A stretch of 35,913 nucleotides of DNA from a virus: IMG/VR virus record IMGVR_UViG_3300045988_052978, positions 1-35,913 of that record, one strand, 5' to 3'. The notes beneath the pieces are model-generated. The model made no database searches and had not been told where the DNA came from. It worked only from the letters and a program-made list of their open reading frames with translations. This document shows positions 1 through 7,574 of this stretch, piece by piece. Position numbers and translations under genes: made by a program. Position 1 is the stretch's first letter. Each line of letters begins with the position of its first letter.

Positions 1-119
1 AGCCGGGATTCCTTGGTGTGAGAACCCGTCAGGAGCTCCTGATATCTCGCGCTTACTTCCTGCATCGCTCACCTCTCGATCAGCGGGAATGTGATCCCGC
101 TCCACCAGTCCGCGCTCGG
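1..119. repeat. Left copy of the exact 119-bp terminal overlap (identical to 35795-35913); circular-assembly junction
   Basis: The string agccgggattccttggtgtgagaaccc...ccagtccgcgctcgg occurs at both window ends, offset 35,794 bp. It lies inside coding sequence: the 5' end of CDS 35146..35859 and the 3' end of CDS 69..437. Confidence 0.95.
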
Positions 120-437
120 CTTTGACAGAAGAAAGGTGGCCGGGTTGTTGTTGGAGTACATCGTCACGCCGGGGCGGAATCCGTACATGGGATCGTAGTA
201 GTCCACCGTCACATATTCCGGCAGAATGGCGTTCAGCACCGTCATGGCCTCGGCGTCATTCAGCGGCCGGCAGGTGATGTCCAGCCGGATCTTCGTCGCC
301 ACCCTTCCGCGGTGCATGGTGGCATCCATGGTGCGCCCGGCGTCCGGTGCCTCCGCGTCGGTGCGCTGCCACTTGACGCCCTGCGGCGCGATGTACGGGA
401 TGAAGTCGATCCCGCCGATCTTCAGCTGCATCTTCAT
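69..437 (-). CDS. Tail component directly downstream of the tape measure (distal-tail-protein position)
   Basis: 122-aa ORF. After circular closure its stop lies 3 nt from the start of the next tail gene (35859 = window position 65). The call rests on synteny after the tape measure. No diagnostic motif was recognised. Confidence 0.6.
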   Translation of the reverse strand: MKMQLKIGGIDFIPYIAPQGVKWQRTDAEAPDAGRTMDATMHRGRVATKIRLDITCRPLNDAEAMTVLNAILPEYVTVDYYDPMYGFRPGVTMYSNNNPATFLLSKPSADWWSGITFPLIER

Positions 438-450
438 GTCCGGCCCCTCC

Positions 451-2610
451 TTATCCGTTCAATCTGGCGCTGTTGCGCTGCTGCTGGGCGATGAGTCTGC
501 CCAGGTCCAGGTCGCCGCCGCGGCCTTCCTGCTCCCGCATGGCGGTGATGATCTGCTGCGCCACCGCGTAGATGGCCGTGATCACGCCGTCGTTGGCGTC
601 ACTCACGCCCATCCGGATGCCGCTCACGATCTGGTCGCTGTTGGCCACACCCACGTGGCTGCCAAAGCGGCCCACCATCTCGGCGCTGCCGTTCTCGTTG
701 GCCCAGAACAGGCCCGCCGACTGCATCACGCCGCCCTCCGCGAAGTGCGGCGCCAGAAATGCCGACCCGAATTTCCCAACCTTGCCCCATGTGCTGCTGC
801 CGCCCTTGCCGGATGTGTTGAACATCGACGACAGGCCGAAGAACTGCCGCACGGTGGCGATGGCGTTCTGTATTTTCGCAACGGCGCTCTGCACCTTGTT
901 GACGATCGTCTGGATCTCGTTGACGATGGGTGCCTTGATGTTGTTCGCAAACCAACCCGGAATGTCGCTGATGAAATCCTCCAGCCCCTGGAGGGTCATT
1001 TGTAGGGCGTGGCACACGTCATCCACGAGCACCCGCAGGCTGTCAAACTTCTCCATCAGCTTTCCGGTGTTGCCGATCATACTGAAAGCCTTTATGCCGA
1101 AGAAATCTCCGATCCCCCCGATGGCGTTGTAAAGGCTTGTGGTATCTACCGTCTTCCCGCTGAGGAAGTCGTCGACGCCGGCGATTGCGTCCCGCAACGA
1201 ATCAAGACCCTTCGCAAACCAGTCCAGCGAATTTGGAATAGCCACCTCTGCCGCCCAAATGGTCAGCGGCTCCAGTATCTCATCATAGACAGGCCCCAAG
1301 GACACCTTGATCGTGTCACCCAGCGCCTTCGCCGATTCCTTCAGCCGCCCCCAAGCGGCCTCCAGTCTGGAAAAGTCCATCTTGTCCACGGTTGCCTTCA
1401 GCCGCCGCAGGATCTTCTCCAGCGCCGTGCTGCTCTCCCCGGCCTCCTCGGCGGCGTCCCAGTCGATGCCGGTAAAGCCGCCGCCCACGTCGCCCAGGCC
1501 GCCCGTGCCGCTTCCGCCGCCGCTGGCAGCATCTGTGGCCGTACTGGGATCGGTCAGCAGGTTCAGCTCGTCGATGCCCAGGGAGCTCAGCTTCCGGGCC
1601 GCCTTGGCGGCCTTCTCCGTGTTCTTGGCCGCGCCGCCCATAGCGTCGGACAGGTTGTCGCCCGCGTCGGCGGCGTCGTTGATGCCGCTGGCCGCCGCGC
1701 CGATGCCGCCCCCGGCCGCCGCCACCGTCTTAGTCTTCATGCCAAACACGTTGGCAATGGCCTGGGCCACCCGTCCGGCCCACGCCGCGATTCGCTGCAG
1801 CGCCGCCGCTACCGTGTTCAGCAGCGGTAGAAATGCCGTGGCGATGGTCATCACCGCCTTGCCGAACTGCTCCTGAATGTCGCCCAGGGCGAATTTCACC
1901 TGCTGCAGGCGGCCTGCCGGCGTCTGCGCCAGCGCTCGGTTCATGCCGCCCACGGATTCCTCCACCACCTGGGCCAGCACCGCGGCCCGCTGGGCCTCGT
2001 CGCCGTATTTCAGGATAGCCTCCTGAGCCGCTGTGAAGGAATAGCCGTACCGGCTCAGCGCGCCGGTCTGGCCGTTCATCACCTTGCCCAGCATAGTGGC
2101 GATGTTGGCGGCGTTCTCGCTGCTGGCCGCCATGCCGTACTGCTGGGCCAGCATGTCGTTCATCACCGGCAGCAGCATCTCCAGCGAGTCGCTCAGCCCC
2201 AAGTAGGTAGCCAGCTCCACCGCGCCCGCCTTCGTCACCTCCGCGTCGATCACGCCCAGACGCTGCTGGGCGTCCGCCAGATCCAGCACGCTGCGCCACT
2301 GCTCTTTGGTGGCCCCCATGGTGTTTTTCATCACCTGGGCCAGCGCCGCGTTGTTTTCCTGCACCTCGTTAAAGGCCGCCGCCGCGTTCTTGGCGGCGCT
2401 TACAATGCCCGCCAGGCTTACGGCGATGCCCGCCGCCCCCAGCACCTTGTTCATGCCGCTGATAGCGCTGTTCAGCTTGCTGGTGGATCGGTTGATGGCG
2501 CTCATCATGCTGCCCATGGACTGGCTGGCCTTCTTCGACTGCGTCGTCACCGCCGAAAAATCCGCGCCCACGCGCAGCATCAGATTTTTGATAACGCCTA
2601 TCGCGTCCAC
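451..2610 (-). CDS. Tail tape measure protein
   Basis: 719 aa, Ala/Gly/Leu-rich and helical. It has a Gly-rich central stretch (GGGSGTGGLGDVGGG). It lies between the G/T chaperones and the tail tip genes. GTG start preceded by GAGAGGAGG. Confidence 0.9.
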   Translation of the reverse strand: MDAIGVIKNLMLRVGADFSAVTTQSKKASQSMGSMMSAINRSTSKLNSAISGMNKVLGAAGIAVSLAGIVSAAKNAAAAFNEVQENNAALAQVMKNTMGATKEQWRSVLDLADAQQRLGVIDAEVTKAGAVELATYLGLSDSLEMLLPVMNDMLAQQYGMAASSENAANIATMLGKVMNGQTGALSRYGYSFTAAQEAILKYGDEAQRAAVLAQVVEESVGGMNRALAQTPAGRLQQVKFALGDIQEQFGKAVMTIATAFLPLLNTVAAALQRIAAWAGRVAQAIANVFGMKTKTVAAAGGGIGAAASGINDAADAGDNLSDAMGGAAKNTEKAAKAARKLSSLGIDELNLLTDPSTATDAASGGGSGTGGLGDVGGGFTGIDWDAAEEAGESSTALEKILRRLKATVDKMDFSRLEAAWGRLKESAKALGDTIKVSLGPVYDEILEPLTIWAAEVAIPNSLDWFAKGLDSLRDAIAGVDDFLSGKTVDTTSLYNAIGGIGDFFGIKAFSMIGNTGKLMEKFDSLRVLVDDVCHALQMTLQGLEDFISDIPGWFANNIKAPIVNEIQTIVNKVQSAVAKIQNAIATVRQFFGLSSMFNTSGKGGSSTWGKVGKFGSAFLAPHFAEGGVMQSAGLFWANENGSAEMVGRFGSHVGVANSDQIVSGIRMGVSDANDGVITAIYAVAQQIITAMREQEGRGGDLDLGRLIAQQQRNSARLNG

Positions 2611-2629
2611 CTCCTCTCTATCTTACTTG

Positions 2630-2698
2630 CCTCCCCCGTGTAAGGGGAGGTGGCACGGCAAAGCCGTGACGGAGGGGTTGTCGGCGGCTATACCGCCG
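2630..2698 (-). other. Three consecutive GC-rich stem-loops in the 129-nt spacer between chaperone T and the tape measure
   Basis: cctcccc-N7-ggggagg (2630-2650), cacggc-aaa-gccgtg (2654-2668) and cggcgg-ctata-ccgccg (2682-2698). Confidence 0.5.
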
Positions 2699-2739
2699 TA
2701 GTATCCATCTTGTCTTTGAAGGCACGCCTCACCCCGCCG

Positions 2740-3024
2740 CTATTCCTCGCCCCCGCCAAACATCCGGTTCAGCGCCGCCACCTGGCGGTACAGGGCGTCA
2801 TCGTCCATGTCCCCGCCCTTTTCACGGCCTCCGTGGCGGGGGAAAAGGGTCTCCAGCGCCGGAGCATGCTTGGCAAACAAACATGCCCGCAGCACCATGG
2901 CCGCGCTGTAGATGTTGGCCTCTGTCAGCTCCTGCTCCTGCCGCCGCAGCTGCCCCGTCGCCCGCACATACACATTCAGCTCCCGGACGGTCATGCGCTC
3001 CCACTCCGCGGGAGACAGGCCCAC
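2740..3024 (-). CDS. Tail assembly chaperone, T segment (probably made only as a G-T fusion by -1 frameshift)
   Basis: This frame is -1 relative to ORF 3039..3383 and stays open upstream to 3081-3083, past the G stop. It occupies the canonical position between the major tail protein and the tape measure. Confidence 0.65.
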   Translation of the reverse strand: MGLSPAEWERMTVRELNVYVRATGQLRRQEQELTEANIYSAAMVLRACLFAKHAPALETLFPRHGGREKGGDMDDDALYRQVAALNRMFGGGEE

Positions 3025-3038
3025 TTGGGCGGCCAGAC

Positions 3039-3383
3039 TCAGGCTTCCTTCCCAGTTCCAGCCGCCGCCGGAGGGTTTTCCTTCTCATCGCCAGGCGCTT
3101 CCCCGGCGTCTTCGCCGTCATGTACTGCCTCGCCCACAGCCTCCACGGCCTTGGCGTAGATCTCCAACACTGGCAGCTTATCCAGCATGTCCTCCACCTG
3201 ACCGGGCGTCAGGCTATCGTCTTGCGCCGCCAACATGCAGTACACCGCCGTAGTCATCAGATCATAGCGCTGTACGGCCTGCTGCATTTCCGGCACGCTG
3301 ACCTTCGTCAGCGCGCTGAATTGCCGCATGGCCTTGTGGCTGAATTTCAGCTCCCGGGGCTTATCCAGATTCAAAATGACCAT
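3039..3383 (-). CDS. Tail assembly chaperone G
   Basis: 114 aa with an acidic C-terminus. It lies immediately after the major tail gene and is paired with an overlapping -1 frame ORF. Confidence 0.7.
   Translation of the reverse strand: MVILNLDKPRELKFSHKAMRQFSALTKVSVPEMQQAVQRYDLMTTAVYCMLAAQDDSLTPGQVEDMLDKLPVLEIYAKAVEAVGEAVHDGEDAGEAPGDEKENPPAAAGTGKEA
3072..3078 (-). other. Candidate -1 programmed frameshift heptamer A AAC CCT (X XXY YYZ)
   Basis: On the minus strand the G frame reads GAA AAC CCT. Slipping back one nt gives AAA CCC and joins the open T frame. The site lies inside the 45-nt window where both frames are open. Confidence 0.45.
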
Positions 3384-3395
3384 TGCCGCCCCTCC

Positions 3396-3827
3396 TTACA
3401 CGCTGGTTGTAGCCGCCAGCGTGGGCTTGCCGCTGACCTTCAGCGTCGCGTCAAAGGTGATGGCGTCGTCCACGTCCGCAGCGGTGGTGAACTTGGTCAC
3501 GCCCGCCTTAAAGCTCCACGTCTTGCCGATCTTGGCGGGGAACACGATCTCGCAGTCCACCACGTCGCCGCTCTCCAGCAGCTCATACATGCGGGTCTGT
3601 CCCTCGTCCTCGCCGTCCACATAGCCGCTCACGGTCACCTCGCCGCCGTCCTTGAAGCCCGGCAGATACTCCCGGTAGCCGTCCGTGTTGCCCATGTCGG
3701 TCACTTCCACCTCGTCGGCGCTGGCGTCAATACCGCTGACGGATTTCAGGCCGCCCACCCCCACCTTGGTGTTGCCGGTCTTGGCGGCGATCTTCAGTTT
3801 GGTTCCTACGCTTCTGCTCTTTGCCAT
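3396..3827 (-). CDS. Major tail protein (TP901-1/phi13-like size and position)
   Basis: 143 aa, starting MAKSRSVGTKLKI. Beta-rich sequence. It lies between the tail terminator and the chaperones. Confidence 0.8.
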   Translation of the reverse strand: MAKSRSVGTKLKIAAKTGNTKVGVGGLKSVSGIDASADEVEVTDMGNTDGYREYLPGFKDGGEVTVSGYVDGEDEGQTRMYELLESGDVVDCEIVFPAKIGKTWSFKAGVTKFTTAADVDDAITFDATLKVSGKPTLAATTSV

Positions 3828-3830
3828 GGT

Positions 3831-4217
3831 TTAATCTCCTTCCTGATAGTCGATCCGCAGCACATATGCCCTGCGGAATTTGTTCACTTCCATTTCCTTA
3901 ATGTCCGGGCTCTGCTGGGTGATCCGGGCCCGCTCGATGTACACGCCCCCGGCCTGGATGCCCCGCAGCCGCTTCATGGCGGCGGCGGCCAGCGCGGCGG
4001 TGGCCGTCATGGCGGCGTAGCTGCCGGCCACGATGTGGACCTCCACCTCCGCCGTCTCCAGCCTCGTGCTGCCCTCCAGCACGTCCTCCTCGCTCCACGT
4101 CCGGACCCGGTAGAAGGCGAACAGCGGCTCATCCCGCAGCGCCTCCGCCGTGTACACGTGACCGGAAAGCCCCCTCACGCCCTCCAGCGCCGTCTTGATG
4201 ATCTGCTCAGGACCCAT
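3831..4217 (-). CDS. Tail terminator / tail completion protein (start trimmed to MGPEQ)
   Basis: The ATG at 4217 overlaps the upstream stop (4207). The 128-aa product sits in the conserved slot before the major tail protein. The upstream 38 codons of the track ORF overlap the previous gene. Confidence 0.6.
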   Translation of the reverse strand: MGPEQIIKTALEGVRGLSGHVYTAEALRDEPLFAFYRVRTWSEEDVLEGSTRLETAEVEVHIVAGSYAAMTATAALAAAAMKRLRGIQAGGVYIERARITQQSPDIKEMEVNKFRRAYVLRIDYQEGD

Positions 4218-4761
4218 GTTGCTTCGTCCACTCCTTCTGAATCGCTTCGTTGAATTTCTTGGCCATCTCAGCCTTGACCGGCTCCCGCATAGCCTCGCCC
4301 TCGTCCCGCATGAAGTGATAGCCGGGAACATAGCTGAGGCCGTTCCCCTCGCTTCGGGTCAGAAAGCCATATTCCATGCTGGCGGGGTAGTAGGCGTGGT
4401 CGGACTTGCCGCCCGCCTCACCGGGATTCTGAATGGGCCGCTGGAGGTACTTGTTCCACGTAGGATCAAAAATCACCTCATAGACCTTCTTGCCCTTGTA
4501 GCGGCTTTTCTCTCGCTTGGTGGTCAAAGCCTTCTTCATAAGGCCGGTGTCCACCGGCATTTTGCCGCTTTTGCGAATGGCGCGCGCGGTCAGCGTCGAA
4601 CCTCGCCGCGCTGCCGCCGTCACGACCTTCGCCGGAAGCTTCCCCATGGCGTCAAAGGTCTTCTTAGCCTCCTTCAGGTCCTTCATGTCTACGGTAACGC
4701 CGTATTTTCCGTAAACCGATCTTTGGACCGCAGCCACGCGGGCCGCCCACTTATTCGCCAC
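4207..4761 (-). CDS. HK97 gp10-like head-tail joining protein
   Basis: 184 aa, in the position after the head-tail adaptor. The basic N-terminal half and motifs such as PVDTG/YYPASMEYG resemble the gp10 family. Confidence 0.65.
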   Translation of the reverse strand: MANKWAARVAAVQRSVYGKYGVTVDMKDLKEAKKTFDAMGKLPAKVVTAAARRGSTLTARAIRKSGKMPVDTGLMKKALTTKREKSRYKGKKVYEVIFDPTWNKYLQRPIQNPGEAGGKSDHAYYPASMEYGFLTRSEGNGLSYVPGYHFMRDEGEAMREPVKAEMAKKFNEAIQKEWTKQHGS

Positions 4762-5092
4762 CGTTCACCTCCTGCACCATCAGCAGCAGGCTCTCGTGCC
4801 GCTCCTCCCAGTCGATCACCGACTGGATATAGAGCTTCCGGCCCTCCAGCAGCAGCCGCATCCCCGGCTTGATGCCGCCCCGGTAGCGCATCCGCACCTT
4901 GTGGCTCACCTCGCTCTGGGCCTGCTCCGCGACATAAAATTCCTTCCCGCTGATGGGATCCACCGCCGCCCACACAATGCACACGTTGCGCCAGTTTTTG
5001 TCGTCAGCCCACCGGATGTCTCCGTAGCCGTCGGCTTCTCCCACGTACCGTTGCACCACCACACGGTGCCGCAGCTTTCCCGCGTCCAGCAT
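4751..5092 (-). CDS. Head-tail adaptor / head closure protein (SPP1 gp16-like)
   Basis: Start at MLDAGKLRHRV, preceded by GGAAAGGAG. Typical LRHRV...V......G motif, about 113 aa, in the expected synteny. Confidence 0.7.
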   Translation of the reverse strand: MLDAGKLRHRVVVQRYVGEADGYGDIRWADDKNWRNVCIVWAAVDPISGKEFYVAEQAQSEVSHKVRMRYRGGIKPGMRLLLEGRKLYIQSVIDWEERHESLLLMVQEVNGGE

Positions 5093-5108
5093 TGCTATCT
5101 CCTTTCCC

Positions 5109-5125
5109 GTGCCCAACTTGAGCAC
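5109..5125 (-). repeat. Dyad hairpin H1: gtgcccaacttgagcac (GTGCCC-N5-GGGCAC family)
   Basis: Imperfect 17-bp palindrome. On minus-strand RNA it forms a 7-bp stem with one G-U pair. It lies 17 nt upstream of the adaptor start codon. Its flanks (tttccc...cgat..tttaccc) are shared with H3. Confidence 0.7.
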
Positions 5126-5174
5126 CGATCTCGTTTACCCGCGGCCCTCCGTGCGAGCGCCGCACCCCTTTGTA

Positions 5175-5194
5175 GGGTGGGGCAAACCCCACCC
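5175..5194 (-). other. 8-bp GC hairpin gggtgggg-caaa-ccccaccc
   Basis: Perfect inverted repeat in the connector-adaptor spacer. Confidence 0.6.
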
Positions 5195-5200
5195 GCCGCC

Positions 5201-5217
5201 GTGCCCGATTCGGGCAC
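5201..5217. repeat. Dyad hairpin H2: gtgcccgattcgggcac (perfect 7+3+7 palindrome)
   Basis: Perfect palindrome, 48 nt downstream of the connector gene stop. Confidence 0.75.
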
Positions 5218-5226
5218 AAACCAGAC

Positions 5227-5260
5227 AACGCCGGAGCCGCCCCACGGCAGCCCCGGCGTT
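5227..5260 (-). terminator. Long stem-loop just after the connector gene stop; weak terminator/attenuator candidate
   Basis: On minus RNA, AACGCCGGGGCUGCC-GUGG-GGCGGCUCCGGCGUU forms 15 bp including two G-U pairs. The same positions are A-C mismatches on plus RNA. It is followed by GUCUGGUUUGU. Confidence 0.4.
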
Positions 5261-5264
5261 CCTC

Positions 5265-5558
5265 TCAGGACTGCGTGGGTCTCGTCAGCTTCAGCTGGGT
5301 GATGATGGGCCGGATGCCCAGCGGCAGCGCCGCCTCCGTGCCCACCGCGTCCCGGTGGTCGTAGTAGTGCAGCGTCAGGGCCCACAGCGCCAAATCGTAG
5401 CGGGCAGCCCTCGCGCTGCCGCCCTCGCCCCGCTCTGCGCCCGCGGCGGACAAATACTCCGCCGCCGCGTCATACAGCTGGCCGATCAGCTCGTCATCCT
5501 CGTTGCCGTCCACCCGCATATAGGCCTTACACGCGGCGATCTGCAATTCCGTCGCCAT
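5265..5558 (-). CDS. Head-tail connector (gp6-like, DNA-packaging/QLRG-type) protein
   Basis: 97 aa. The motif YMRVDGNEDDELIGQLYDAAAEYL is typical of gp6-like connectors. It lies immediately after the capsid gene. Confidence 0.75.
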   Translation of the reverse strand: MATELQIAACKAYMRVDGNEDDELIGQLYDAAAEYLSAAGAERGEGGSARAARYDLALWALTLHYYDHRDAVGTEAALPLGIRPIITQLKLTRPTQS

Positions 5559-5571
5559 CTACGCCACCCGA

Positions 5572-6780
5572 TCAGCCGCCGGTAGCGGTCAGGGTCACCA
5601 CGGTGGCCGCCTGGTCCACGCACAGGTTGCCGCCGGCCATCACCTCGCCGCGCACGGCCAGCAGGCCTTCGGCGAACTTGTAGTCCTTGCTGACCTCCAC
5701 CGTGTAGTTGCCGAACAGGCCCAGCAGATAGGCGCTCAGGTCCACATACACCATGGTCTGGATGGCCTTGGCGCCCTTGGTGGCGGTGCTCAGCGCCGTC
5801 AGCTTATCCACCAGAATGTAGTTCACGATCAGGCCGCCGTCCTTGATGGTGCCGGTGTTGCCAAAGGTGGCGGGGTCGGGGGTGATCTCATACACGGCCC
5901 GCTTCTCGTTGGTGCCGCGGATGTCGCCCAAGGCGATCAGGTCGGCCTTGTTCAGCAGCAGAAAACCCGCGCCGGTGGTCTCGCTGCCGCCCGCACCCAG
6001 CACCAGCTTTCGCAGGAAGTCCGCGCCGATGGTGGCGGCGGACACGGTCATGGTCTTGGTGATGGCTTCATTCTTGGTGTTCACGGCGTTGGTCAGGCCG
6101 TAGAAGGTGCTGCCGTCGCCCAGGGCGATCAGTTCCACCACCTTGCGCAGCAGCGCCTTCAGCGCCAGCGCCTGCACCTTGGCCAGATAGTTCACCGGCG
6201 TCAGATTCTCGATGTGGCGGGACACATAGGCCAGCGTCTCTACCAGCACCGGCTTCACGGACGCCACGCGGAACACGGGGTCGCTGGCGGTGGGGGCGGT
6301 ACCGTCGGTGCCCACGGCGGCGGCGGGATCGGTCTTCACGTAGGGCTCGTCCCACTGGGCGCAGCCGTTCAGATCCATCACCGTCACGTGGTCGATCACG
6401 GCGGACACCACTGTGTTGTTGTCGTGGATGGTGGTTCCCACGCGGGTGGGCTTGGCCAGCGTGTCGCTGCCGATCAGGGTGCTGTTCAGCGCCCGGCGCA
6501 CCGCGATGTTGTCCATCACGATCTTCTGGCCGGAGCGCAGAGCGTTCACCTGGTTTTCCACAGCGGCAGCTTTTGCGCTGTCCTCCGCGCCCATGCCCTC
6601 CAGGGCGTTCTTCTCCTGTTCCCGCAGGAGATTCTGGATGGGGGCCATCTGGGCGTTCAGCTCGTCCACGGCCTTCATCTCCTTGTCGTAGGCCTCGCGG
6701 TCGCCCTTGTTCAGGGCGTCCTCGGCGGCCTGCAGGTGGCGGCTGCGGTCCGCAGCCAGAGAGATCAGCTTTTCCTTCAT
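5572..6780 (-). CDS. Major capsid protein, HK97 family, with N-terminal delta (scaffold-like) domain
   Basis: The start MKEKLISL is preceded by GGAGGT. It has a coiled-coil N-terminus of about 100 aa followed by an HK97-like body. It follows the ClpP-type protease. Confidence 0.9.
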   Translation of the reverse strand: MKEKLISLAADRSRHLQAAEDALNKGDREAYDKEMKAVDELNAQMAPIQNLLREQEKNALEGMGAEDSAKAAAVENQVNALRSGQKIVMDNIAVRRALNSTLIGSDTLAKPTRVGTTIHDNNTVVSAVIDHVTVMDLNGCAQWDEPYVKTDPAAAVGTDGTAPTASDPVFRVASVKPVLVETLAYVSRHIENLTPVNYLAKVQALALKALLRKVVELIALGDGSTFYGLTNAVNTKNEAITKTMTVSAATIGADFLRKLVLGAGGSETTGAGFLLLNKADLIALGDIRGTNEKRAVYEITPDPATFGNTGTIKDGGLIVNYILVDKLTALSTATKGAKAIQTMVYVDLSAYLLGLFGNYTVEVSKDYKFAEGLLAVRGEVMAGGNLCVDQAATVVTLTATGG

Positions 6781-6785
6781 GTTCG

Positions 6786-7574
6786 TTACCTCCAAATTCT
6801 GTTTTTCTCAATGTTCAGGCGGGCTTCCATTTGCCAGCCGCTATGATCTTCGGGGCCCTGCCCCGTGGGGATCGTGCTTTCGGGCGCTCCGGACACCGGG
6901 TGGCCCTCTGCCGCCGCCCGCTTACCGCTGCGCACCTCATCTTCGTACCGCTTCACCAGCGCCGCCGTGTCCTGCAGGCCCACGCCGTTGGTCACGTTGG
7001 CCGGTGTCACCGTGGCGGGCAACGCGCCCTCGGCGCTCTCGCCTTCCGCCAGCATGATCTCGTCGGCAAAGCCCAGGGCCACCGCGTCCTGTGCCGGCAG
7101 CCACGTCTCCTCACTCATCAGCTGGGCGATCCTGGCCCGCCCGCACTTGCCGCCGCACCGCAGCTCGTAGGCATTCAGGATGCTCTCCTTCACGCTGTCC
7201 AGGTATCGGGCCATTTCCCGCAGCCCTGCGGCATTGCCGCCTGTTCTGATATACGGGTCGTGGATCATCACCTGACCCACCGGGCTCACCCGCCTTGTCT
7301 GGCAGCCCATCAGGATGGTGCTGGCGGCACTGGCCGCCACACCCTGCACCTCCGCCACCGTGGGGTGGCCGCAGCTGCGAAGCACGGAATAGATCTCAAA
7401 CCCGGAATAGCACATGCCGCCGGGGCTGTTGATCTCCAGCACCAGCTCCTCGCCCTCCGCCAGCTGGCCGATGGCCGCCCGCAGGTCGCTTGGTGCGAAG
7501 CTGGGAATTTCAAACCAGTCGTAGATCCACTTGTCGCCGTCGTCTACGATCTGGCCGCTGCATTGGATCCTCAT
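6786..7574 (-). CDS. Prohead maturation protease, ClpP (S14) family
   Basis: ClpP-like motifs INSPGG and SAASTILMG...VMIHDP. It lies between the portal and capsid genes. Confidence 0.9.
   Translation of the reverse strand: MRIQCSGQIVDDGDKWIYDWFEIPSFAPSDLRAAIGQLAEGEELVLEINSPGGMCYSGFEIYSVLRSCGHPTVAEVQGVAASAASTILMGCQTRRVSPVGQVMIHDPYIRTGGNAAGLREMARYLDSVKESILNAYELRCGGKCGRARIAQLMSEETWLPAQDAVALGFADEIMLAEGESAEGALPATVTPANVTNGVGLQDTAALVKRYEDEVRSGKRAAAEGHPVSGAPESTIPTGQGPEDHSGWQMEARLNIEKNRIWR

Noticed and set aside
1-119. The 119-bp terminal repeat as a biological direct terminal repeat (DTR packaging).
   Set aside because: The repeat sits inside two tail genes, and the genome has the HNH + small/large terminase + long non-coding cos-like arrangement. 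An exact short overlap is typical of assembler circularisation. It remains testable by coverage.
2883-4253. 456-aa plus-strand ORF, with similar long ORFs at 7913..9028, 9384..10931, 12515..13684, 6573..7598 and 226..1005, lying opposite the structural genes.
   Set aside because: They lie fully antisense to genes with clear phage homology-type motifs. They are Arg/Pro/Ala/Gly/His-rich and low-complexity, lack RBSs, and are the expected stop-free shadow frames of a high-GC genome.
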